Shown: piece by piece, positions 16,314 to 24,137 of the stretch
Layout of the letters: each line of letters starts with the position of its first letter
How positions within the stretch are numbered: position 1 is the first letter of the stretch
Source: Promethearchaeota archaeon
Lineage (GTDB): Archaea; Asgardarchaeota; Lokiarchaeia; Sigyniarchaeales; SOKP01
NCBI GenBank assembly: GCA_048940925.1
Contig: JBHLOC010000060.1
Coordinates: 1-24,137 of the forward strand
Reading direction: 5' to 3'
Length of the DNA stretch: 24,137 nt
Position numbers and translations under genes: made by a program
The notes under the pieces: model-generated
Told to the model about the DNA's origin: nothing
The model's database searches: none
What the model saw: the letters and a program-made list of their open reading frames with translations, nothing else

Positions 16314-19300
16314 ATGGTAAAAATCATTGCCTCACTAAGAAATTTGTACGATCGCATTAGAACATCTATCTCTATTAAAGCACGAAATGTATTATTTTTT
16401 ATAGCAATTTTTTTAATAGTTGTATTAGCCATTTTGATAAGGATCTCTCCAATTTTAAGAGGTCCAAATATAATTAAAGCTTTTGATCCATGGATTCAAT
16501 GGTATAATGCAGAATATTTATCAACTCATTCAATATATGAATATTTCAATTGGCATGATTTTAAGAGTTGGTATCCCCAAGGTCAGTACAGGGGAGATTT
16601 ACGTCCAGGTCTTACTTTTACGGTTGTTATTATTTATAAGATAATTAGATTTTTCGGAATACCGGTGTCATTATATGATGTCTGTTATTTCTTTCCTGCA
16701 TTTATGGGAGGTATTACCGTATTAACTATATATTATTTAGGAAAAGAAATCAATGATCGAGGAACCGGGTTGGTTGCCGCATTTTTCTTGGCGTTTAATC
16801 CTGGTTATATGCAACGTACAATGGCAGGGTTTTTTGATAATGAAACAATTGGAGTATTTGCTAGTTTAATGTGCTTCTTATTTTGGTTGAAAGCAATAAA
16901 AACAGGGAAATTATCCTTTTCAATAATAGGCGGTATATTTTTAGGTTATTTATCCCTTAGCTGGGGTGGTTATCAGTTTGTATATTTAATTATTCCTTTA
17001 ATTAGTATTATATTGATGTTTATTGACAAATATAATCAAAACGTGTTGATTGCTTATGCAGGAGTTGAGGGAACTGGATTACTTATTTTTTCTTTATTTA
17101 TCTCATATAATTATAATAATTTATTTTCCAGTTTAACTACAGGAGGTTTAATTCTTTTTACGGTAATATTAGTGTTTTTTCAAATTATTCAATCAAAAAA
17201 GAATGAATATCCTAGGTTTTATCAAGGATTAATTAACTTTTTAAAATGGATTTTTATTCCTGTAGTAATTATTGCGGCTGTAATTCTATGGGTAGCTCCC
17301 GATATATTACCTTTCGGATTTGGTTCAAGATTTCAAACTATTCTTAATCCTCTTTTTCGTGAAAAAATAGCTCTGGTTGCTTCAGTAGCAGAACAAATGC
17401 CTAGTTCATGGAGTGTATTTTACTATAATACCCTAATCCCTTTAATCTTAATTCCCCTAGGTTTTTATTTTTGTTTCAAGAGACTAATAGCACCAGATAT
17501 TTTCTTAATAACTTTTTTATTACTTATGTTTTATTTTACAGGAAGTATGATCCGTATAATTTTAATATTTGCTCCTGCTGCGGCACTGATGGGGGCATAC
17601 GGGTTAGTCAGTGTATTGAAAATTTTTGGAAGCTTTTTAGGAGAACGCAGAGTTGGAGTAAGTAGGAAAAGGAAGAGACAATTAAAAGGAACCATTGGTA
17701 ATTCAGAAATATTAGCTATTTATATCATTGTAGGATTTTTAGGTATTGCCCAAATTGTTCACTCAACAGATATCTCAATTAACCAATTTTCTTATAGTCA
17801 GATGGTACCCGCTGGTGCCATTACTGATTGGCAAGAATCTCTAAGTTGGATGAGATCTAATCTAAAGGGAACAGATGTAGTTGTGTCATGGTGGGATTAT
17901 GGCTACTGGCTTACTCCTGTTGGTAATGTTACCACTGTTAATGATAATATGACTAGGAATAGTACAAGGATTGGATTAACAGGAATGGCATTGATGCAAA
18001 CCAATGAAATATATAGTGCAAAAGTGTTTCGTAGGTTAAAAGCAGATTATGTTTTAGTGTATTTTGGATTTTTATTAACAGGATTAGGTGGAGATGAGGG
18101 GAAATGGAATTGGATGGTAAGAATCTGTAATGACCACTACGCAAAATATAAAAAATGGGGAATGGAAGAAGATAATTGGAAAGAAGACGCAGTATTCGAT
18201 GAAAGTGAATTTCAAAATGCTACAGATGGAAAACTGGGACCGCTATGGTTTCAATCTCAATTAGCTAAATTGATGTTCTATGGTCAAACTACTAATATTG
18301 AAGAGTATGGAGAAGGGGACTTTAGAAGAAATTATCCTCAACAAATCACTACTAGGGAAACTACCGATGGTAAAGTATGGAAGGACTATATACCCGATAA
18401 TGGAAATTATGATTTCAAAGTATTCATTCCAACATATATCTCAAAATTCGGTTTAGTTAAATTATATAAAGTTGATTATACAGCTTTAGAATCTAAATTT
18501 ATAATTAAAGATCCAGCAGTTTTTACTAATGGATATGCAACATTTGAAATGAAAAATACTGGTACAAAAGACTTATTAATAAATAAAGTTGAAATCAATG
18601 GAGAAGAATATCCATTTCTTATGAGTAGTGGAATAAGTAATAATACAGTAGAGAGTGGGGAATCTGAGACTGTTTTTGTTAATTTAAAATTAGATGGAAA
18701 AACATTTGAAAAAGATGACGTAGTTCATATAGATGTTACCGCACAATCAGAAGCTTTAGAAGGTAAACAATATGAATTTACAAATTCTACTAGTAATTTT
18801 TTCGTAAAAGAAGGTGAAAAAGGAGCTATAAAGATCAATAAGAAAAATAGTAAAGTTATTCAGATTAATAGTACATCCACTGATGTACTTCTTGAAGTGG
18901 AAAATGTAGGTAAAACTATTGAAATTTTAGAGAGATTTTATGTAAATAATGATACCGAATCACTTCGATTCCCATATTCTTCAATAGAATATCTCAGTGG
19001 TTCATCTATATTAAAACCAGGGGAAAAAGCAAAAATTTATTTAAAAAATGCGAATGCTAGCTTTTACTCAGAAGATAAACCATTAAGTAAATCTAATAAA
19101 ATTGGTGTTGCTACAACTAATAACGTTCATGATGAACTTCTATTTACTTCAAATGATGAAAATTTTAAACTTTCAATATTAAGTGAGGAGCGTATAGTTT
19201 CTCCAGAACTTTCGTTAATTTCTGATAGCTATTATCGAAAACATATACCAATAAGTTTTAGTCATACTCATGCTTATACTTATGAAAATGGGACTACTAA

Positions 19301-20231
19301 TATAGAGATTAATATTAAAAATACAGGGGATATAATATTTGGAATAGATGCTATTTATTTAACAGAGTCTTTGTATAAAGTTAATTTTCATGATTATTAT
19401 GTTAAAAGTGGAGACTATAATCTTGAAAAAGGGGAAGAGGAAACTATTGTGGTAGATGCAACTAATACATTCACTAAAAATGATATAACTCTCGATGTAA
19501 ATGATGAATTATTAATTTGTGTAACGGGAAGTTTTGTTGGTGATACTGTTGCTTCAGATATTGGATATATTTATACAACAAAAAATGAAGCAGATATTAA
19601 AATAATAGATAGTGTTGAGGGTAATAGAACTTCTTTTATATATGCTAATGAAACAGGAAAATTGTTGATTAAAAACACTGGAAATGAAAAAATAACTTTA
19701 GGTGATATATATTTAAATAAAACTCTGGCAACTAACGTCGAATATCTATATGGGAATGATACTTTAGATATACAAGAATGTGCTATTGTCTCCTTTGATA
19801 TTCCAGACTTAAAGATTAATGAATCAAACGCAGTAACTGTAAATGTAACAACTAGTAGTCCTATAGCTAAAGCAATTGATACTTTATATGGTTATGTAGA
19901 TCCTAAATATTATAATATTACAATCATAAATAGTGGAACTACTGCATTTGAGGATGGAAATTTAACAATTTTAATCAAAAATCAAGGTCAATTTGATGTT
20001 AATATTGACGCTGTATATATTAATAGCTCAACTTATGGTTCATATATTTCTTTAGATAGCTTTTTTGAAACTTCTTTTAACATAACGGCTGGTAGCTCTT
20101 TTCAGTTAACATTAAGTAGAACAACTCTACAAGATAAACTTGGAAAAACTCTTACAACAGGAGATAAATTAGAGATATTAGTGCGTACAAAAGAAGGGGC
20201 AGAATTTACACATATAGAGACTGTAAAATAA
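16314..20231 (+). CDS. aglB: Oligosaccharyltransferase AglB/STT3 with ~580-aa C-terminal beta-sandwich repeat extension
   Basis: Multi-TM N-terminal region with AFDPW, SWYP.G, FFDNE, SWGGY and SVAEQ; soluble domain with SWWDYG, DNMT and the DK motif GDEGK..WM. Confidence 0.96.
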   Translation: MVKIIASLRNLYDRIRTSISIKARNVLFFIAIFLIVVLAILIRISPILRGPNIIKAFDPWIQWYNAEYLSTHSIYEYFNWHDFKSWYPQGQYRGDLRPGLTFTVVIIYKIIRFFGIPVSLYDVCYFFPAFMGGITVLTIYYLGKEINDRGTGLVAAFFLAFNPGYMQRTMAGFFDNETIGVFASLMCFLFWLKAIKTGKLSFSIIGGIFLGYLSLSWGGYQFVYLIIPLISIILMFIDKYNQNVLIAYAGVEGTGLLIFSLFISYNYNNLFSSLTTGGLILFTVILVFFQIIQSKKNEYPRFYQGLINFLKWIFIPVVIIAAVILWVAPDILPFGFGSRFQTILNPLFREKIALVASVAEQMPSSWSVFYYNTLIPLILIPLGFYFCFKRLIAPDIFLITFLLLMFYFTGSMIRIILIFAPAAALMGAYGLVSVLKIFGSFLGERRVGVSRKRKRQLKGTIGNSEILAIYIIVGFLGIAQIVHSTDISINQFSYSQMVPAGAITDWQESLSWMRSNLKGTDVVVSWWDYGYWLTPVGNVTTVNDNMTRNSTRIGLTGMALMQTNEIYSAKVFRRLKADYVLVYFGFLLTGLGGDEGKWNWMVRICNDHYAKYKKWGMEEDNWKEDAVFDESEFQNATDGKLGPLWFQSQLAKLMFYGQTTNIEEYGEGDFRRNYPQQITTRETTDGKVWKDYIPDNGNYDFKVFIPTYISKFGLVKLYKVDYTALESKFIIKDPAVFTNGYATFEMKNTGTKDLLINKVEINGEEYPFLMSSGISNNTVESGESETVFVNLKLDGKTFEKDDVVHIDVTAQSEALEGKQYEFTNSTSNFFVKEGEKGAIKINKKNSKVIQINSTSTDVLLEVENVGKTIEILERFYVNNDTESLRFPYSSIEYLSGSSILKPGEKAKIYLKNANASFYSEDKPLSKSNKIGVATTNNVHDELLFTSNDENFKLSILSEERIVSPELSLISDSYYRKHIPISFSHTHAYTYENGTTNIEINIKNTGDIIFGIDAIYLTESLYKVNFHDYYVKSGDYNLEKGEEETIVVDATNTFTKNDITLDVNDELLICVTGSFVGDTVASDIGYIYTTKNEADIKIIDSVEGNRTSFIYANETGKLLIKNTGNEKITLGDIYLNKTLATNVEYLYGNDTLDIQECAIVSFDIPDLKINESNAVTVNVTTSSPIAKAIDTLYGYVDPKYYNITIINSGTTAFEDGNLTILIKNQGQFDVNIDAVYINSSTYGSYISLDSFFETSFNITAGSSFQLTLSRTTLQDKLGKTLTTGDKLEILVRTKEGAEFTHIETVK

Positions 20232-20353
20232 TTCTCTTACTTATTTTTAGTAAAAATCAAAAGTTACTATTCATTAGATTTTCTTAGAGTTGTCGTTTAA
20301 ATATGAATTTACTCTTAAATGTTTATCAGAAATAATCCCACACTTAATGACTT

Positions 20354-22360
20354 ATGAGTTCAAATTTTAAGATTAAATCAAATTACTTACCGAAAGGAGA
20401 CCAACCATTAGCAATTGAACTTTTAGCAAAAAATATTAAAGAAGGTAAGCGTTTTCAAACACTACTAGGAGCAACAGGAACAGGTAAAACATTTACCGTC
20501 GCACAAATAATTCAAGAAGTTCAAAAACCAACACTAGTTATGTCTCCGAATAAAACTTTATGTGCACAACTTTATAATGAGTTTAAAGAACTTTTTCCTG
20601 AAAATGCTGTACATTATTTTGTCTCTTATTACGATTATTATCAACCTGAAGCATATATGCCAGTTTCAGGGATGTTTATCGAAAAAGATTTCAGTGTAAA
20701 TGAAGAAATAGAAAGATTACGTTTAGCTGCAACTCATGCAATAAAGACTCGAAATGATGTAATTATTGTAGCATCTGTTTCATGTCTTTATGGAATAGGA
20801 AATCCAGAAGAATATGAAAAAGTCTCACTTTCTTTAGAAGTTGGTCAAAATATTAAAAGATCAGATATAATCCAAGGATTAATACGAATGAATTATGAGA
20901 GAAAAAATGTTGAATTTAAACCAGGTATAATTAGAGTTAGAGGAGATATTATAGATATATTTCCCGCATATTTAGATACTGCAATTAGAGTCTCATTATT
21001 TGGTGATGAAATAGAATCAATCCAGGAGATTCATCCTATTTCGCTTCAAGTTCTAAAAAAATTGACTAATTGTCGAATATTCCCTGCAACACATTTTATA
21101 ATTCCTGAAGAAAACAAAGTAAAAGCGTTAGAAACAATAGAAAAAGAATTGGAAGAACGTATTAGATTTTTTAAAAAACAAAAAATGTTTGCTGAAGCCC
21201 AAAGGATTGAGAGGAGAAGTAAATTTGATCTTGAAATGATGAGAGAAATGGGTTGGTGTAAAGGAATCGAAAATTATTCACGACATTTAGATGGAAGAGC
21301 ACCTGGATCACCTCCAATGACATTAATTGATTATTTTCCGGAGGATTTTCTTATTGTAGTTGATGAATCACATGTTACAATCCCTCAAATTCATGGTCAA
21401 ATCGGGGGAGATAGATCTCGGAAAAAAAATCTTGTTGATTATGGCTGGCGCTTACCTAGCGCTTATGATAACCGACCACTCACTTTTGAAGAATGGGAGA
21501 AAAAAATTAAATATATTCTGTTTATGAGTGCAACTCCTGGAGAATATGAGTTAGATAAGAGCGAAGGTATTTCAGCAGAACAGATAATTCGACCAACGGG
21601 TTTAGTTGATCCGCAAGTAGAAGTAAGACCTGCTAAGAATCAAATTGACGATTTATTAGGAGAAATTAAAAAAGTTGTAAATAATAATGGTCGAGTTTTA
21701 ATAACAACTCTTACAAAGAGAATGGCTGAAGATATCGCTGAATATTTTTCTGAGTTGGGAGTAAAGATTGAATATTTACATTCTGAAGTAGATACTGTAG
21801 AAAGGTTTGAGATCTTAAGGCAATTAAGAGATGGAACATATGACGTCGTGGTTGGGATAAATCTTTTGCGTGAAGGATTGGATCTTCCAGAAGTACAACT
21901 AGTTGCGATATTAGATGCTGATAAGCTTGGCTTTTTACGCGACACTCGTTCTTTAATCCAAACCATTGGAAGAGCTTCTAGAAATGTAGAGGGTAGAGCT
22001 ATTTTATATGGCGATAGAATGTCTAATGCTATGAAATCAGCTATTGATGAAACAAATAGGAGAAGAAAAAAACAAATTGCTCATAATGAAATAAATAATA
22101 TTACACCTCAAACTATTAAGAAAAATATTTTAAAATCTCTTTCTGAGGAAAAAGAGTTTACAGAAAGAGAAACTAAACGGTTAAAACAAAATATTCAAAA
22201 TAAAGTGGAACAATTAGAAAAGGAAGGAGATATTGAAGTAATAATTGAATATCTTGAAAATAAAATGTTTCTGGCAGCTAGAGAACTTCGATTTGAAGAT
22301 GCTGCATATTTGCGTGATAAAATTCAAGAAATAAAGAAAGATTATAAAATCTTAGCATGA
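20354..22360 (+). CDS. uvrB: Excinuclease ABC subunit B
   Basis: P.GDQP.AI, GATGTGKT, beta-hairpin FVSYYDYYQPEAY, GIENYSRH, DESH, SATPG, GINLLREGLDLPEV, QTIGRASRN, C-terminal UVR domain (FEDAAYLRD). Confidence 0.98.
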   Translation: MSSNFKIKSNYLPKGDQPLAIELLAKNIKEGKRFQTLLGATGTGKTFTVAQIIQEVQKPTLVMSPNKTLCAQLYNEFKELFPENAVHYFVSYYDYYQPEAYMPVSGMFIEKDFSVNEEIERLRLAATHAIKTRNDVIIVASVSCLYGIGNPEEYEKVSLSLEVGQNIKRSDIIQGLIRMNYERKNVEFKPGIIRVRGDIIDIFPAYLDTAIRVSLFGDEIESIQEIHPISLQVLKKLTNCRIFPATHFIIPEENKVKALETIEKELEERIRFFKKQKMFAEAQRIERRSKFDLEMMREMGWCKGIENYSRHLDGRAPGSPPMTLIDYFPEDFLIVVDESHVTIPQIHGQIGGDRSRKKNLVDYGWRLPSAYDNRPLTFEEWEKKIKYILFMSATPGEYELDKSEGISAEQIIRPTGLVDPQVEVRPAKNQIDDLLGEIKKVVNNNGRVLITTLTKRMAEDIAEYFSELGVKIEYLHSEVDTVERFEILRQLRDGTYDVVVGINLLREGLDLPEVQLVAILDADKLGFLRDTRSLIQTIGRASRNVEGRAILYGDRMSNAMKSAIDETNRRRKKQIAHNEINNITPQTIKKNILKSLSEEKEFTERETKRLKQNIQNKVEQLEKEGDIEVIIEYLENKMFLAARELRFEDAAYLRDKIQEIKKDYKILA

Positions 22361-22457
22361 GAATTTCATAAATTTAACATAAGAAATACATGGTTATACT
22401 AGACACCGATTTTGTTTTCAAAAAAAAAAGGATATTGTATCACACTATAAAACCAAG

Positions 22458-22465
22458 TTTAAATA
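22458..22465 (+). promoter_or_regulatory. Candidate TATA box for the corrinoid protein operon
   Basis: TTTAAATA preceded by the purine-rich aaaccaag, ~43-50 nt upstream of ATG 22508. Confidence 0.3.
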
Positions 22466-22507
22466 ATTTCTCATCCTAAATTGATTTACTAAAGCAAAGT
22501 GATTCAA

Positions 22508-23137
22508 ATGTCTAATTTTATTGATGAAATTGTAAAATTGAACGAAAATAGAGTTTTAGAGCTATTAAAGGAAAGGCTTGCCAGTAATGATGAACCGTTA
22601 TCAATAATGGAGGATGTAAAAGTTGCTATGAAAAATATTGGAGATAGATTCCAAAATAAAGAGTATTTCTTACCTGATTTAATTATGTCAGGAGAAATTT
22701 TGCGACAAATCTTTGAGGAATTAGGTCCTAAATTAAAAGAGGTTCAAAGCTTTGAAAAGAAAAAAGGAAAAGTACTGTTGGGGACTGTCGCGGGAGATAT
22801 TCATGATATTGGTAAGGATGTGGTGAAATTCATGCTAGAAGCAAATGGATTTGAAGTATTAGATTTAGGCATAGATGTCCCTGCGAATATGTTTATTAAA
22901 AATTTAAAAGAGTTTAAACCTGGAATTTTAGCACTAAGCGGATTCCTAACTCTAGCGTTTGATTCGATGAAAGAAATCATTCAAAAAATAATAGAAGCTG
23001 GATTACGTGATACAGTAAAAATTATGATTGGGGGAGGTACTTTAGATGAAACAATTGTGGAATATGTGGGTGCAGATGCTTTTGGAGATAGTGCTGTAGA
23101 TGCTGTAAATTTGGCTACAAAATGGTCAGAGGTTTAA
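22508..23137 (+). CDS. Corrinoid (cobalamin-binding) methyl-carrier protein, MttC/MtbC/MtaC-like (likely start ATG 22508; GTG 22499 possible)
   Basis: Cap domain (IGDRF...EYFLPDLIMSGE) plus B12-binding motifs GDIHDIGK, DLGIDVP, LSGFLT, IMIGGG, VGAD. Confidence 0.93.
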   Translation: MSNFIDEIVKLNENRVLELLKERLASNDEPLSIMEDVKVAMKNIGDRFQNKEYFLPDLIMSGEILRQIFEELGPKLKEVQSFEKKKGKVLLGTVAGDIHDIGKDVVKFMLEANGFEVLDLGIDVPANMFIKNLKEFKPGILALSGFLTLAFDSMKEIIQKIIEAGLRDTVKIMIGGGTLDETIVEYVGADAFGDSAVDAVNLATKWSEV

Positions 23138-23142
23138 TAATT

Positions 23143-24137
23143 ATGAATGAAGAAGAAATTGAACGACTTTGTGAATTAAGGAAGAAAAGATATATTGATG
23201 CAATGAACATGAGAGAACCAGATCGGGTACCGTATGCTCCAAGGGGTACACTGTATGCTGCGATTCAAAATGGGATGACAGTTAAGGAAGCAAATTATAA
23301 TCCTGAAAAAATGTATGAAGCTGCTTTAAAAATCTTACCCCAATATGAATGGGATTTGGCCTCCGGTGGGATTTTAGGCCTTCAATCAGGTCCTATTATG
23401 GATATAATGGAAGTAAAGACTTTAAAATGGGCGGGGGCTAAAGATCCTAAATTTCGATTACCAGAAAACTCGACAGTTCAATATATTGAAGGTGAATATA
23501 TGAAAGCCGAGGATTATAAGGAGATTCTCGCAGATCCAACTCATTATGTGATTCGAAAAGTGTTACCCAACCTGTGTGGTGTTTTTAAACTGTTTGCCCA
23601 ATTTCCAAATTTTGCACATCTTCAATTATTGAATGGATTAATGGGTATACCAATGTGGTTCATGAATTCAGATGTAATGAAGCTAGTGCAAAAAATTGGT
23701 GAAGTAAGACAAATAATGAGGAGATCAAACCAAGCTAGCATGAAATATTTAAGTGAGATGAAAAAACTAGGCTTTCCTTCGTTGAATATGAGGAGGAATG
23801 CATTTTCATTTGCTCCATTTGACATGGTTGGTGATCAACTTAGAGGTCTAAGGGGTGTAATGATAGATATGTATCAACGACCTGAAGAATTAAAAGCATT
23901 AATTGAAATGTTCATCGAACCATTGAGCGAAGTAAGGTTATCAAGCCTCGCAGGTAGACCTCAAGAGATAGCTCCTATGGTTTTTATGCCATTACATAGA
24001 GGTGCTGATGGATTCATGAGTAATGAGCAATTTGCGGAGTTTTATTGGCCTTCATTAGCAAAAGTTATGGATAATTTTATTAAACAAGGTTATATAGCAA
24101 CACCTTTCATAGAAGGATCTTATAATGATAGACTTGA
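23143..24137 (+). CDS. Uroporphyrinogen decarboxylase-fold / methylcobamide methyltransferase-like protein (partial, runs off the window; absent from ORF track)
   Basis: Manual translation from ATG 23143 is open to the window end: MNEEEIERL...EPDRVP...QYIEGEYMKAEDY...APFDMVGDQLRG...DMYQRPEEL...FMPLHRGADGFMSNEQFAEFYWPSL...PFIEGSY. Starts 5 nt after the corrinoid gene. Confidence 0.88.
   Translation, partial: MNEEEIERLCELRKKRYIDAMNMREPDRVPYAPRGTLYAAIQNGMTVKEANYNPEKMYEAALKILPQYEWDLASGGILGLQSGPIMDIMEVKTLKWAGAKDPKFRLPENSTVQYIEGEYMKAEDYKEILADPTHYVIRKVLPNLCGVFKLFAQFPNFAHLQLLNGLMGIPMWFMNSDVMKLVQKIGEVRQIMRRSNQASMKYLSEMKKLGFPSLNMRRNAFSFAPFDMVGDQLRGLRGVMIDMYQRPEELKALIEMFIEPLSEVRLSSLAGRPQEIAPMVFMPLHRGADGFMSNEQFAEFYWPSLAKVMDNFIKQGYIATPFIEGSYNDRL

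Noticed and set aside
17471-18144. 64-aa and 63-aa ORFs
   Set aside because: Alternative-frame or antisense ORFs inside aglB.
21640-21966. 108-aa minus-strand ORF
   Set aside because: Antisense shadow of conserved uvrB helicase motifs.
23622-23825. 67-aa minus-strand ORF
   Set aside because: Antisense to the URO-D-fold gene starting at 23143.
1-24137. tRNA, rRNA, CRISPR array, IS element, intein or origin (ORB) sequences
   Set aside because: I saw no GC-rich structured segments, spaced direct repeats, transposase, intein insertions or ORB G-strings.

Overview
AT-rich, densely packed archaeal housekeeping region, most likely from an Asgard archaeon (Lokiarchaeia-like). That placement is inferred from the archaeal information-processing genes, an Arf-like small GTPase, a eukaryote-like STT3 and the low GC. 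The left 13 kb is a rearranged version of the conserved archaeal replication/transcription/translation superoperon: TFS, an RPA14-like OB protein, PCNA, PriL, PriS, GINS15, Nop10, aIF2-alpha, DUF99, an RNase III-family protein, RpoL, a DUF2067-like protein, Csl4 and a METTL5-type methyltransferase. It is interrupted by a putative metal-dependent hydrolase, a MarR-like wHTH/TRASH zinc-finger protein, a stand-alone EF-1alpha and the small GTPase. The right half has enolase, RFC small subunit, TruA, a 1305-aa AglB/STT3, UvrB, a corrinoid protein and a URO-D/methylcobamide-methyltransferase-family gene that runs off the window and is missing from the ORF track. The most notable observations are: (i) two apparently intact genes whose N-terminal motifs lie upstream of any ATG/GTG/TTG, suggesting ATT/GTT initiation; (ii) an oligosaccharyltransferase fused to five sequon-rich beta-sandwich repeats; (iii) acidic extensions on RpoL and PCNA; (iv) a perfect 12-bp hairpin inside the csl4-rpoL-RNase III operon. 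I found no tRNA, rRNA, CRISPR array or mobile element, and no clearly new multi-gene system.
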